The notes under the pieces were generated by a model, which was not told the DNA's origin, searched no databases, and saw only the letters and a program-made list of their open reading frames with translations. A DNA stretch of 64,000 nt from Lama glama. Taxonomy: Eukaryota. The position numbers and the translations under genes were made by a program. This document shows positions 48,593 to 63,189 of the stretch, piece by piece. The stretch spans positions 23,500,001 to 23,564,000 of the forward strand of contig CM052817.1 of NCBI GenBank assembly GCA_028534125.1, written 5' to 3'. Within the stretch, counting starts at the first letter, position 1; each line of letters opens with the position of its first letter.

Positions 48593-49762
48593 AAATCTCA
48601 GAGGAATTTCCCCATGATTCCATATGATGCCTAATGCTCTTTCCATCCCAGCCAGAAGATATCTACCCTCACAAGCATACATTGCCTCTGACCCTCCTGC
48701 ATCTAGGCTTTCCTTCCATGATTCTTTCACTTTATCCAGTATTCTAAAGCAATTCCATTTGATCTCCAGAGCTGGAAGGTTGATGCTAGATCACTGTGTG
48801 CATGGGACCACTCTTTGGGAGCAATTCTTTATTCCCTCTCCCTCATCCATTGATACAGACACAGCACTCCACCTTAAATTTTGACATATTATTCATCTTC
48901 AGCTGAAACTAACTTACTATTCTCAATAGACATTTTTAACAAAAATAGTCATTTATTGAAATCTATTGTATATTTTAAGGCAATATTTATAGGTAAATAG
49001 GCTTGGAAATAAATTTCCAAATTTACTGGGAGTTAGTTTGAAATTCTGCAATTTAATATTTTCACTCCCTAAGATGGTGCCATGATCACTGTTACATCCT
49101 TAGTATATACAGTTACTCTGAATTATTTCATTAATGGATTCAAGTTGGCAGTCATTCCATATACATGATTCTAGTCCTTGGAACTTAACTCAAAACTAAC
49201 TTGAAAGCAATGCCATCATGTGTTACCCAGAGAGACAGTCTTCAGGAAAAGGTTGACTTCCACATTGTGCATGTATAACAGGTAGTATTTTTCAATCTGT
49301 CTTTACAACTTTGAAGTTCACAATTATTTTTTTTTAAGAAAATTAAGAGAGAACTGGTACCAAAAATGCAGAGCCCCTGAAGGCAAAAATAACAAAAACA
49401 GTGAAGAAAACCACAAAGATTGAAGTCTCCTATAGTTACAATTTCTTTGACTAGAGAATTAAAAATAGGCAGTGTGGTGAATCTGATACACAGCTCAGCA
49501 GTAATGTTGCTGTTACTGCTTCCAGTGAAGTCAAGAATCCAGCACATTCTAATGGGAAGAAAATGCTGAAGTGACTAATTTTGAGTTCTGCTGCCTGGTC
49601 CTCTGATACCTGCTCCAGATTCTTGGTGCTAAGTCATTTCTTCTCTGTCTTTAAGGATTTCAAATGGCTGTCTCTAACCTCAAACTTGGAACTCAGTATC
49701 TCTGTTCTCCTTGCTGAAAACATCAGTGACCCATACAAAGCAAAAATCCAAGAGATACTCTC

Positions 49763-50196
49763 TGTATTAGCTGTCTGGGCTTCCATAACAAAGGACCACA
49801 AAATTGGGGCCTAAGACAATAAAAATTTATTGTTTCACAATTCTGGAGGCTAGAAGGCTGAAACCAAGCTGTCAGAAAGGTTGTTTCCTTCTGAAAGCTG
49901 TAAAGAAAAATCTGGTCCAAGACTATCTTCCAGTTTTGGTAGCCTAAGATGCTCCTTAGCAAACAGATGGCATTCCTTCTCTGTGGCTTCACATTGTGTT
50001 CTCTCTATGCATGTCTATCTCTGTGTGTCAATTTTCCCTTTTTATAAGTATACCCAGTCATATTGGATCAGGGCCCACCCTAATGACTCATCTTAATTTG
50101 ACCATCTGCAAAAACCTTCTTTCCAAACAAGTTTATATTCATATACTCGGGGTTAGGATTTCAACATCTTTGGTGGACACAGTTCAATCAATAACC
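49763..50196 (-). mobile_element. MaLR solo LTR, MLT1 (B/C-like)
   Basis: TGTATTAGCTGTCTGGGCTTCCATAACAAAGGACCACAAA...TCATATTGGATCAGGGCCCACCCTAATGACTCATCTTAA...GGACACAGTTCAATCAATAAC. Confidence 0.88.
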
Positions 50197-50715
50197 ATCA
50201 TGAGTTTGGACAAAGTCCAAACTCCTAGGTACAGAAGAGAGCTGTGACAATCTGTCCTCCACTTTTCTCTTTAGGCTTACCTTTGCATACCCCACATCCC
50301 AGTCTATACTCCAGACTGTTGAACAGGTAGCACTGTAATTTCCCTGATTATACATTACATCCTGTCTACAGGCCAATTAAAAAGAATAAAAGAGAATTCC
50401 TTGTGCCTCCCTAATTGTGATCTCTCCAAGTGTCTGTACCAAAATAGCCCATTTCATTTTTGAGTTGGACACAATATTCACCTTGGCCGACTTTTCACCT
50501 GACTGCAAACTCTCCAAATCATTCCCACCAATACTCACAAGCTCACGTCCTGTTTTTTATGTTTATTCTAGGTGAGGTCATTTTGTACACGTTCCTGAAT
50601 CTCTGGTGCATAAGAAGTAAGAATTTTCAGTTAGGAATTTCAGAAAAGATTTTGATCTAAGGTGTAAGATATAAGCTCATGAACTGGCAGCTGCAATACG
50701 TTTCACTCTACAGAG

Positions 50716-51045
50716 CAAGGGTTGGCAGACTATGGTCCATGGGCCTATTTTGTTTGCCCCATTAACTAGAATGGTTGGTACATGTTTAAATTGTTGAAAA
50801 TTTAAGAACACTGTTGAAAATCAAAAGAACAAATCTATGACATTCCAAGTAAAAATTACATGAAATTATAATTGTGATGTCCATAAATAGAGTTTCATTA
50901 GAACACAGCTAAATTTGTTTATGTATTTTCCCTGGATGCTTTCACGCTACAGCAGAGTTGAGTAATTGCAATAGAAATTACATGGTCCACAAAGCCTCAA
51001 ATATTTACCATTTAGTTCTTTCTAAAAATGGTTTGGTGGCCCCTT
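50716..51045 (+). mobile_element. hAT-Charlie MITE (MER58B-like)
   Basis: CAAGGGTTGGCAGACTATGGTCCATGGGCC...CATAAATAGAGTTTCATTAGAACACAGC...GCAGAGTTGAGTAATTGCAATAGA...GGTTTGGTGGCCCCTT, with degenerate TIRs. Confidence 0.8.
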
Positions 51046-51576
51046 ATATAAACTAATAAGATAAACTAGAGATTTGGAAAGAGGAAGAGAGACGAACAAG
51101 CCAGCGAGAAGACCCAGGGAGAAAGAGAGACAGTTAAAGCTTACACTGAGCTCCAACAGTGTCTAATTCCTATCGTTTCTGAAATTCAACAACATTTGTA
51201 ATCTTGCATTCCATGAGAAACACCAAATGAAATATAAAAACCAAATTCGTTGACTGTGATTAAAAGTGTCCCCTGAAACACCTTTGCCTTTCCTCTATAG
51301 TTGACTCTAAGCTCCTTGAGAATAAGGATGAATTCATTTAGCGTATTATCTCAAGTACATTATTTAAGTCACTAAATAAGCATTCCTTCAATGACTAAAT
51401 ACAGAAACAAATATATATTGATAATACTGAACTAAAGGTGTGGGGAGGGGTGGAGGGGCTAAAGAGGATGAAACCTCCCCACCTCATTCCTGAAGCACCA
51501 GTTTCTTCAAAATATACTAGGAAGTATTCTAGAAGATCGCACATATGGCTCTCTAAATCAACTAGAGGCCCTCAAC

Positions 51577-51604
51577 AAACAAACAAACAAACAAACAAAC
51601 AAAC
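51577..51604. repeat. (AAAC)7 microsatellite
   Basis: Direct read. Confidence 0.95.
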
Positions 51605-54600
51605 ATAGACAGTTATAGTCATTGTTGACCAAATGCAATGAGTTCCTGGCAAATACATTGGTGTCGTAATGAGTCCGGGTGACAGTCTGGTTCTTGCTGT
51701 GTCTTTATATGAAGCCTATATGTGGTGCGTGCTGCATTTTCTATGACCTCTAAGTCATTACTCATCCACCTTATTCCGATATTATACTCTCTGTGACTCT
51801 GAAGACTGCCATAAATATCCCCAAAAAGAGAGCATATAGTATTGCCACCATCATTGCAAGTTTATGAATTTTGAACATGAGGTTGCTAGTATGGGTAGTT
51901 CCTTTTTTGGGGAAAAACTACAAGCTGATTGAATGTCAAATTATCTCCACTGGCAACAAGAGCTTTAGGTGCTTGAAGAGCTTCCCAAACTCATTTACCA
52001 AGCTATGGAATTCTGTGGGGCTCATAAACTTACCTTCCACTTAGTTGTAAAGTGTGATGTTGCTACCATAAAACCCTGTCTCCTAATGCCAAGACAGTGG
52101 AAGCCAGCAAAAATTAAATCCAGCGTTGTCTAAAAGCATACAGATGATTACCAGCACAGTGTAACTAAAATCAAGGTCAAAACCCAGTGAAATTGGTGGC
52201 TGCACTTTTCACTATTATCTTACTCTCCTGCAGCTCTGCATAGACATTTTGGGCATGGGCTTTGGACCTGAAAAGATTAGCTTTTGAAACCTGGTTTATG
52301 GTCTAGCTGTATAAATTTGGGAGTTATATAACTCCACTTAGCCTTGAGTAATGATACTAAAGTCATAGAATTGATTCTAAAAGCACAGTTCATGGCAGGT
52401 AGCAATTAAAATTTGACAAATACATAAAAGTAAAGAGAGCCAGAGCCCTTCAAATTGTTCATCATAAATATTTCTAAATAAGTCATCACTATATTGCATT
52501 ATTTTAATCAAAATATGACTATAAAAGCCATGATGAAGTTAGCATGGTTTTATTTGTGCATGGTTTCTTTTGTCCTGTTAAACCTAGAATTCAAAAAGAG
52601 GAATGCAATAGTCAGTAATAAAAGTGTGATGCTGAAAGTAAAAAGTAGAGGGAATAAACTGTGCCATGGTTTGGGGCATTCAAGATACAGAGCCTATTCA
52701 AGAGAAGTAGGTCATGATGGGTCATTTCAAATAATATCAAACAATGTCTCTGCATGGCCCTAGGTGGTAGAACAAATAGGTGGCAGCCCAAGAAGCAAAG
52801 ATTATTTACAGATTATTTGTATGTTGCTGGGGTCAACATGTAGTATTCAGCATCATCAGTGGAGTAAACACATTTCCTCAGTAAGTAATGAGATCCCTGA
52901 TAATGTGGGCATTGATGACACTTGACCAAGCCATGAGAGAAGGGATTCAATCTGGACCATTTTTCAGAGATGTACAGATAGATTCAGAGACAAAGACAGC
53001 CATAGACATAGACACAGACATATATCTCCCATTTATCCCACTTATCTCTTCGGTAACCAAGTCTGTTTGGTAATAAAAGTCAGCCACTTCATCAAATGAC
53101 TGCACAAAATCAAATATTTCAATTCAGTTCTCTTCTCCAGCAAATTTCTGTGGAACTCACGAGTAATTCTGACATGGTCCATGATTCGATCCTACTGACC
53201 TCTTGTTAACTCAATCAGTTGGTCCTCACAGCACAATGCTGCTGCCTCAGAAGACTGGGGAGCATTTTGTCATCTCACACTAGTTTCTTGTCAGTGCTCC
53301 TCCTCTTCTTACAGTATTTGATTAAAATTTAAGCTGGATCTCTACATCCTAAACAAGGTAAGGGTGATAATCAACAATTCACTTCCCAAATCTGGCTGAT
53401 TCTCATGCTAAGTTCCATTTAAATGGACCTTTGCACTCACTGCCTGCCCTGTTTCTCTTTAGAACTTCTACCTCAGTATCAGGGAAGGATCTGCCCCTTA
53501 AGCTCTCCAGTCAGTTTTTACTTCCAATTTCCTGTAAACAACTCTTGTTTGAGATGTAAACACAAGCACATACTGACACACACACAAGCGCACAAAACAC
53601 GATTGCATGTCGGGGAGTTATGTTCCAATTATGCAGGGACAGAGGGAGTTCGAGCAATGACATACCTGGTTTACATTAATAATGAAACATTTAGCACCTT
53701 AATCTGGAGTCTCATTATTTCTCCAAAAATACATGGAACTTTATCCCAGCCTAGAGATTTCTCAAAATGAAGAAACATTTTTACTATGAGAGAAAATTTG
53801 TAGCAACTTTTAAATGGCTTTCTCCAATCATCAAAAGATACTGAAAACCCATCAGATACAGATATAAATCTTTTCTATTACTGTCTTCATTTTCATCATG
53901 GCTAAAAATGTCATTAAATGTGTCTCTTTGTAATGAATAAATGAAAATGCTGTTGTTACTATAGAAATACAAATTCAGAACACATGCTGACTACAAGTTC
54001 AAAGTCAATGCAATGAGGCCAGTGATTTCTCACATTAAGAGTTAAGGTAAAAGGTCACACAGCACCACATAAATATCTCAGCCCTTTTTTCAGAACCATT
54101 TACTTTCTTGTGGTTGTAGCTCTGTCCCTTGTGCTCTTTTCTCCCCGTGTACCATCTGTCTCCTCTGCTTCATCTCACCTTCTTTCTTTCAACATTTTAA
54201 GCTACTATGACAAGAGTTAAAGATCATGGAAGTCATAAAATCTGGCTTGAAACCTTAGCTGATGTTATGTTCTTTGAAGGTCCCCATAAGTAAAAAGTGT
54301 TCAAGTCCTTGGTGAAGAAATCATTGAAAGACAACTTTCCTGGATCTTTTACAACCCAGAAAAGCAAAGAATAAACTTTTCTTTCTAGGAAACAGCTGAA
54401 AATTAAAGTTTAAGTCCAGGAAATGTTCCATCCATTAGAGTTCATTACCTTAAACTGGGAATGTTTGGAAACTGCTTGTCCTAACAAGAGAAAATATTGT
54501 CTCTTAAGCATGAGCAGGTTATTACAAATGCTTTATTATTGTATTTATGATACATGTCATGTCCTTACATCTTGAAACAACATCAGTGAAATCTGAGTAA

Positions 54601-55104
54601 GCATAAGGAAAGCTAGCTAGTCTGAAATGCTACCTATTTTCATTTACTAACTAGTATACATCACATTTAGATTTTAATTTTATGTAAAAAATGTGGTCTA
54701 ATTTAAGTCAGAGACTTCACAGAAGATATGTCTTGTTGGCACCATGCTTTTGCAACATATAGAGAAAAGAAAATAATCAACTTCATTAAAATAATTTATT
54801 TAGCTGCATGAACATAAATGACCAGTTTAATCAACTTTAAACATCGAAATTTGGCATGTTTACCAAATTTAAACCTAATATAGATGCAGAGTACTGAAAA
54901 ACATTTTTATGTTACTTTACATACTTGTCATTAAAATATATCTCTACCCAAATATTACTACTATACTAGAGGTGACATTTTCCACTGTCTCTATAAGTAA
55001 TCTTTGCTTCTTATCTTCCATAATTCAGCTAATGAATTGAACCATTTCCAAATACTTAAGTTCGATATCTCAATTATCTTTTAATATTCCTGTTTCTCAT
55101 TCTT

Positions 55105-55870
55105 ATGCATTAAACCAATCAACAAATATTTACTGAGTCTCAAGCAATCAGGTTGAATAAAATTGGTAAGACAGATAAGGTCATTCTAGTCACGGATTTT
55201 TTTAAGTTTAGTATGGAAGATAATATTGCCTAAATATTATGTGTGATAAATATTTCAAAAAACAAGAATGCTATGTGAGCAACATGTTACTATATGAAAA
55301 GTTGGTCCTTCCAGAGATATGTCATTTAAGCTGAGACCTGAAGCATAGGAAGAGTGAGCTATGTGAAGACATAAAGGACAAGATTCCAATTAGACAGAAT
55401 AACTAACATGAATGCATTAAAATTAGGAGTGTGATGAGCTCAAAAAAAGGAAAAAAAAACTTTTTGGCTCGCGTGTGGAGAGCAAGGCAATCTTGTCTTG
55501 ATTGCATCTACAAAGACTCATATCCAAATAAAATCACATTCACAATACCAGGGGCTAGGACTTCAACATATTTTTTTAAGGGACAAAATCCAAAGTGTAA
55601 AGAGAATGGCAGAGTAGAAGGATGCATCACACCCTGGAAGATGTCATGGAGGCTTCTTGGAATCAATTTTTTTTTTAATTTTTCTTTTTACAATAATAAA
55701 ACTCTTACCACTTCGGCTAAATTTAGTTAAGTCTGATTTTATCTGAAGCTAAAATGGCCTAATGATGTTCAGGATACAGGGAATTATTTTCAGAGCATTG
55801 TGATATTATCATGAGATTTTAAACAAAGGAGTAGCATAATCAGATGTTTATTTTGCAAAGGCTGCAAAAT
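55105..55870 (-). mobile_element. L2 3' fragment containing a short MLT1 piece (~55500-55590)
   Basis: CAACAAATATTTACTGAG, CATTTAAGCTGAGACCTGAAG and TTTTAAACAAAGGAGTAGCATAATCAGAT are L2-like. CATCTACAAAGACTCATATCCAAATAAAATCACATTCACAATACCAGGGGCTAGGACTTCAACATAT is MLT1-like. Confidence 0.6.
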
Positions 55871-56484
55871 CCATTTGGCCCCCAAGTCCTCTAGAATTTC
55901 TTTCTAAAGATCTTCTAATTTATAACTGGCCCTATTGAGTTCCTGATTACTTCACTTATACATGAAATGCCAGTTTTAAGACTCTTTACCTTTCCCCTTC
56001 AGTCTATTCAGAACATCAAAATAATCTTCCTTAAATAACACCTAACAATTCATCCTTTCAATCAAAAGTCTTCCATAGTCCCCATTGCCTTAAGGTTCTT
56101 GGAGCCCTCTTAAATCCTGGCTTCAAACTACATTTCCAAAATTAAATCCAAAAGAGGTGGGCTTTATGTTAAAGTAAATATCATAGTTCATCACTGAGTA
56201 GCGGTTTAAACCTGTGCATTTGAGAAAACTGTAAGAGGAATTATTAATAATAATTTATTGGAAGAAACTCAGAGCAACAACCAGTTAAAACTTAAGCATA
56301 ACACACCTATCTGGTGACTCCTATCCTACACTGATAAATAAAGAACAGCAAAAGGGAGAAAATAGATCCAACAATTCCTGAATTCTTGTTTTTCATGCAA
56401 AAATTGTTGCATGCTAACAACTGATTAAGAACTAAGGTTAATTGCCACCCAACATCATTAATGAAGTTACTGTTTCAGAAGCCA

Positions 56485-56690
56485 TCTAGTGTAGGCACTA
56501 TGCCAAACATTTTATACACATTTTATTTAAGTCTAACAATAAGTGTATAAGACAAGTTATTATTCCCCACATTATAAATTAAGAAATTTGGCTTTAGAGT
56601 GATTGATCAAGTAACTTGCCCATCATCATGCAACTCTGAAATCCCAGAAATGGTTCTACTAAATCTTCGTACCAGGGTCATAAACCTATA
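56485..56690 (-). mobile_element. MIR SINE
   Basis: AGGCACTATGCCAAACATTTTATACACATT...TTATTATTCCCCACATTATAAATTAAGAAATT...AAGTAACTTGCCCA. Confidence 0.65.
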
Positions 56691-58939
56691 GTTTTTTCTT
56701 CACCAAAAAGACCTTCTTTTCTTGACAAAACCATGTCACTCTTTGTGCCTTCAGCTTCCTCTAATAGTCCAGTGCCAGGATTCTAGATAGATTATAAAAA
56801 TTGCACCTGTTACTGCAGTAATGATGCATATATGTATGTATGTACCATGGCTTCAGATAAAGAATTTTGCTATTAGTATATTTCAATACTTAATATTCAA
56901 ATAAATTCAACAAACATATTTTGTCCCAGAAAGGAGGGAAGAAGAGGACAGTAGAGGAAGAACAAGGTGAGATTAACAGATAAGGCAATGAGAAAGCAGT
57001 TTCTAGTTAATATGTATGAGCTATCAGTATTGATTACAAAGAGATAAGGGATATTATGGTATAGAGATACATGTCCTGCCCTATTTGAAGATAGCATTTA
57101 AAGTGTGGTATTCTTCAATAAGCATTCCAAAGTGTTAGAACTTTGAGGTTTGAATTTGAAAAAAAAATTGGAAAAGTCTAGAAGAGATTTTTGACTCTTT
57201 TTCAAGTCATCCCCTTTCCATTAATTAATTAACTTGTAGAAAGTAAAAGATTATATTTCACAAACAACTGAGGGATTCAATTTCCTTGGCTTAATATAAT
57301 TTTGAAGAAAGTGTATTTTCAAAAAGAGAAACAAGCAAACAGGCAAACAATTATTCTAATCTATCATGTCATGTCTAATCTTGACTCTATGCTGTATTGA
57401 CTTTTGAAGAGGAAATTATAGTCCTGATATAAATGCTGTGTTGAAATGTCCTAGTCTTCACAGAAGGGCAATATAAGAAAGAAACCTTAGGTAGGTGAAG
57501 AACTATCTTCTTCCCAGCCATACGTTTACTTGATCATGAAGGGCAAATAACAACACAGCTTTATGTTGTTTTACGAAGGCTATGCATTAGTTAAAGGCTA
57601 GATTGCATCCCTAAATGTCAAACAATTGAAAATAGTCACAGGAAAGTGGTGATGGCTGTAAAGAACGTTGTAGTAAGTTCAACAAAAACTGGAAAGAAGA
57701 AAAGAGTCTGTCTTCTATGTATATCAAGATGACTCACTTAGGAAGTCATTGTGGGTTTATAAAGCCTGAAAACGTTTTCATAAGCTTTTCTTGAAGTACT
57801 TTCTCAATGATCCAGGTTCTGCAAATTCCAAATGAATCACTAACCCAGCACTGTGTGTGTCTGTCAGTGAGTATGCATACAATATGGACATGGGAGGTAT
57901 GAATAAATGAGATCTATGTGCTGAGTTAGCAAAGAGTGATAGGGAATTGGTACTAATGCTTTTACTACAAGAGCATTGACTTCTGGGGTTTCTACATGCT
58001 CTCTCTACTTTTATATTTTCAAAAGCTACATGAATGCCATCAACCCCATAAAAATTCAATAACACATATATCTTGCTTAAACAATAAGCATAGTGGAAAC
58101 CATTTTTAGAATATATATATGTATATACACATTACTGAATGTCATTAAAATTGCTTAATCGACTTGAACTCACATATACCTATATCACTTCTTCTTCTGA
58201 GGTTTTCAGAGGCTGAGAGTGTATTTTGAGCAAGGAAGCAAAAGAAGTCAGAGGAAACAAAAGTGTTCTGTTTGGAGAAGTCTTTTCTAGGCCTTATTGT
58301 GTCTAAACGTCAGGCTCAAAAAAATATAGCAATCAATGCAGTGCACGTTTTAGTAAAATCATCCTAGTTCTAGATCAAGACAGATCAAGACACACATGCC
58401 CTGAAAAATTACACTCATATCATAATTTCTTATCTTGGGCTAAAGTGTGAGATTTCAGGGAAGGGTAGAAAATTGCTACCATTTTATTTTTTCCTTCTTA
58501 TTAAAATAAGCAGGCTTTTCTATGTTTAACTACTTGGTATACAAAGCTATTATCTGGTACAATGAGAAAGGCAATGGAATAGATTGGAAAGAAATACTAA
58601 TTCCAAATTACATAAGCCAACCCAGAAGACATTAAGTGATGGCAGCACTCTTGGTGTAGATCAGCATTTCCTGATTTCTCTGTTAATATCACTGACTCAG
58701 TGTATTCCAGAGGGATCAGGACACTTTTCTACTCCATGAGAAAGGTAAGTGTATACTGGTTTATAGGGACAATTAGGTATGAAATAGGGAACCCAACTTT
58801 CCTTCCTACTGGAGGAAGAACTGGGATTTTTATCAACAGGAGAAGATGCAAAGGTCAGTCTTTGAAAAGTAAATACCCTAAATGTACATGTACACATACT
58901 TATTAACAGAGCTTCTGGAAATATTTTTGACTTTTTTGC

Positions 58940-59400
58940 AGTGGCCAGAATTATTCTGATAATAAAACCAGTCAAATATATTGTAGGCAAAGACAATTAT
59001 AACCCAGTGACCACATGGACATAGATGCAAAACATTCTTCAGGTATTAACAAATAGATTCTAGTAATATATTAAAAAAAAAACAAACCAGGATCATGTGG
59101 GTTTTATTCCAGGATGGTAAGGTTGGTTTACTACTTTAAAGTCAAGTAATGTAATTCATTAAGTTAGCAGAAAAAAGTAGAAAAATAGTATATGAGCGTG
59201 TCAATAGGTGCAGAAAAAACATTTGACATATTCAACCTTCATTTGTGAGAAAACAGCAAAATCTCAGCAAACTAGGGCTGGAAATGGACTTTCTCAATCT
59301 GCTATGGGCATCTGAAAAGCCCACAGCTCACATCACACATAAGGATGAAGTATTTAATACTTTCCCTATAAAACTGGGAGAAAGGCAAAGACATGCATTT
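58940..59400 (+). mobile_element. Old L1 ORF2 (RT-region) fragment
   Basis: GGCCAGAATTATTCTGATAATAAAACCAG, ACATAGATGCAAAA, GGGTTTTATTCCAGGATG..AGGTTGGTTT, GTGCAGAAAAAACATTTGAC; ORF 59245 LSKLGLEMDFLNLL..EKPTAHI..FPIKLGERQ matches L1 ORF2p RT motifs. Confidence 0.85.
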
Positions 59401-60027
59401 TCATGCTTCTGTTTGACTCACTGTCTGCCACCCTTCCCATGTCCCTCTATGTTATTTCCATTCAACTTCATGATAGCAAATAAAGAGCCTCAACCCCATT
59501 GTCATTTCCACATGAAATACAAACAAGCTGCTAAATTTATTTTCTTTGCTAAGAACTTGAAATGTTGCAAGAGTATACTCTGATTAGTTTTGACTTACGT
59601 GGTTCTGAAATTTCTTGTGCTTCCTACTTCAGTATAATACTGCTAAAGATATGAGGCTTCATGAAGAATGGAATAGGTACAGACTAAGAATTTATGAGTC
59701 TAGTGTCAGTCTGAGAGTCCTTACTGAATTTTCTGAGTCTCTGTTTTCCCATTAGGTTAAGTGCCATGAACAAAAGTGTTTTAACACAAATTAAGATGAT
59801 GTGTAAAAATAGCAAATTTTAAACTGCATAGTGATTTTTCTCAAATAAAATGCAATGCTAGAAAAAAAATAGAGCATCCATTCTCTTCTGTTGGTAAAAC
59901 AAAACAAGGAAACTAATATTTATGAAACATTACAATGGGTCAGACATTATGCTAGATATTTTATATTTGTTGCTTTCTTAAGCCTGTAAAACAACCATAA
60001 AAGATTGTTTTTATATTTCAAGTGAGA

Positions 60028-60075
60028 AAATGAAGGCATAGAGTAATTAATAAATGAAGGCATAGAGTAATTAAT
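60028..60075. repeat. Perfect 24-bp tandem duplication inside a MIR-like remnant
   Basis: AAATGAAGGCATAGAGTAATTAAT x2. Confidence 0.95.
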
Positions 60076-62339
60076 AAAGTCATTGACATAATATCATAAT
60101 GTCATCATGAACAGATTCAATGATACAGGTATTATAGGAGACAATGCCACTAAAATGCTTATAATGACTACAACATAATAGGCACTCAAAAGATATGAGC
60201 TTTATCATTGTTAACATGATAGTAATAATAATAACAATAAATATTCCTTTAAACAGAGAAATTAAAAATGCTTGAGACAAAGAGGAAGCATTGGAAGTTC
60301 TACCATATATTTTGGAAAGTGACTCTGTGACTATAGATTTTATGGAATCTATTTCTGCTCCATTGGAAGGGCTGTGCTCTTCCATGTGCTCTTGCACATG
60401 AGTCAAAGGCCTTTTGAAAATCATTAGTAATAGGGAGCACTTTACATATATTTATCAACTGCACTAATGGCTTTTTTTTTTTCATTTTCACAGAAAAGTA
60501 ACTTGCAAGGACACAAGGACAAGTTGCAAATACAATGTTCAGAAAAGTGACACTGAAAGACTTAGGAGCCATAAGAAAAATATTTATTGAAATTCTGTGA
60601 CTATTAATAAATCTGAAAAGAATGAGCTATTATCAAGAGGCAAAATCAAGACACTTAGCCCTACTCTTTTTTGGACTCAGCTCCGTAGGTCTGGCTTTCC
60701 CAGAAGTAGCCCCTAGAATTCTCCTAGGACTACTTTGTCCCCAAATCAAACATCACAAGCAAGCATGCATTAAGAGAGATGGTTTGTTTGTGCTAAGAAT
60801 AAAGAAAATGAAATGTAACACTAGTAACATAAACCTTGTCAAAGACATTTCAATTTTCATCATTAGCATTAATAACAAAAATGGTTTCCCCATCTATAAC
60901 TATATTGAGCAAAGCTGTATTCTTCAAATATCTGAAAAGGATAGAAATTGAAAGAAATTGAAAAAAGAGCTGGTTTGACCCTGGAAATGTGAAATCCCAA
61001 GTGTCAAGAGAAATCATATTTTCATAGGTCAGTTAGGAATCCCTGGAAACCAAGATCTGGAAGAAATCTTAATAGATCTTTAAGATTTTAGGAAAGGTAG
61101 TTGATACTGCCCTAATAAAAGTTTAAATTAAGAACCCACATATGGCATATAGCAAGCAGAAACCAGTTAACAGTGCCCAGGCTCATTTCCAAAAGAATTC
61201 AAGGAGTTCTGGCAGGCCAACTGGATTTATAAGGTGGTAAATTAAAAAATAATAAAACATTGATCTGTCAGCATAAGTCTGATTGCCAAGTATACGGCCA
61301 TTATTTTGCAATTAGTGTCACTTACTGAAATAGCACTTTCAGAGTGATTCAGCCCTTAGCCACATTTTCCCAGAGCATTTCCTTCCACCAGTTCTGAAAA
61401 TTACTACTGAAATAGTCACCCAGTATTAAATCATTCTGTCAATTTGCAATGGTGAGAACCTACTCTCTCTTCTGTTCAACACTTACAAGCGCCCAGACAG
61501 TACAACATGTAACTTCTTTCACAAAGTCATGATGTTTTGCAGCAGCCCAAAGCTTCTAGAAAGATAGAGAGAGTTTCCTCTCAAATATGTGTTTCTATCA
61601 TATCCCATCCATTAGAAGCAAATCTCAGAGCCCGTCATTCAGATATCTGATCTGACTTTGCCCATCCTCAGCATGATTAAGCAGCCCAGCTTTTCTGCTG
61701 TACTTTTTATCTTTAAACTTTACTTGTCCTGTTTTTCCTTGCCAACTGCTTATGCAAGGGATAGCTTTATTATTAAATAAAGGTATATTAAAAAGTTAAT
61801 TATTTTTATCTTTAGCCCTCCTAAGTGGTATCTGCATTTCAAAAGATGATTCAAGCTATTACGGTTCCATGGGGAGTGAAGACAGGGAACGGATATGCAC
61901 GGTTCTGCAGAAAGCTGAGCCCTGCCAAAGCTGAGAGGATAAAAATAGGCTGAAGCCCTTTCCAGCTTCATGTGCAAAGCTAAGTACTCTGAGCAGAGTC
62001 ATCCAAAAAAATGGAGTCCCTCATTCTTATTCACACAAGCAGTTTGGGGAAAGGGAGCTTTTACTACATTGTTTGATGGTGTGTACAGATGTGAATTGAC
62101 ATTGTGCAGGTAGCTTGTCATGTTTTGTGCTCCAATAAAAAGGGTTTAAAATCTCCTTCCCAGTAAAACAGTAAATGGAAGATGTTCCAATGCTACAGAG
62201 AGGAAGCAACCGTAAAATGCTTAGAGAGAGAGACAGCCTGCCTATAACACAAGCACAGCCAAGAGCTGCAAAATATACAGGAGAGTGTAAGAGCCTCTCG
62301 ATGAGGGCTCAGTCAATAAAGACTCGTGTTTAAAAACCA

Positions 62340-62930
62340 TACTGGGCTTCAGAGCTCCTAAAAATAATGGCGGCTACGTAAATTTGAACCTCTTCACACA
62401 TTGCTCTGAAATGACACAGATGGAAATCAGAGAGCAAATACAACTATTCTCAAAAATAACTTGGAGACTGAGAATAGTACAAGCATAAGTGTATATGTAA
62501 GTCAATAAATAAACATCCAAATGTTGCAGAGCTGTCTCCAGACCCAATACCTAAGCAGGGTCAGGCCAAGTAGAGGCATCATGGAAAAGAGGGGACTACC
62601 AAAGGCCAGTGGCGGCAGAGAACACATAAAATTACTCCCCCAAAAGAGAAATGCCTGCATGATGTAGGGAAGATACTCAAAACATGGCCATGACCTAGTG
62701 AGTCAGAGCAGTGCTACTGAGGAACTGAAGAAGAGGACTTGAATATGTGCATGAGAAGAGTGGTGTTCTCCTGATAGGCAGACAGGATAGGGGGTCCTTG
62801 GAGAAAGAGAACCAGGCATGACTTTCTTGACATAAGAGAAGCCGTTTTGTGATCTAAGTCTGGCCACCATGTTTGCTCTTGAACAGGTCTCAGTAATTAA
62901 TGATTTGAAGGGAACGAAAGAATGCAAAAA
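62340..62930 (+). mobile_element. Probable ancient L1M 5' region
   Basis: Begins GAGCTCC..AATAATGGCGGCTA, similar to old L1 5' ends, followed by purine-rich sequence. Family uncertain. Confidence 0.35.
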
Positions 62931-63189
62931 CTAAGACTGTTATTAGACAAGTAACAATAGCAAAGACAGTACATCAGTTGTAAAGACTCCTGACTCTGTT
63001 TCAATAACAATAAAGCTTAGCCTGAAGCACAAGATCAACTGGAATCTCAGGAATGTTGATGTTGACCTTTTCTGACCTTGGTGACTTCAATCAACTAAAG
63101 CCTGGATTTTGTCTGCCTTCAGATCAGACCCTACGCTTCCTCCTTTTCTTACTAGAAACTCTTCTTGATTTAAATTGTTCTGAAGAGGA

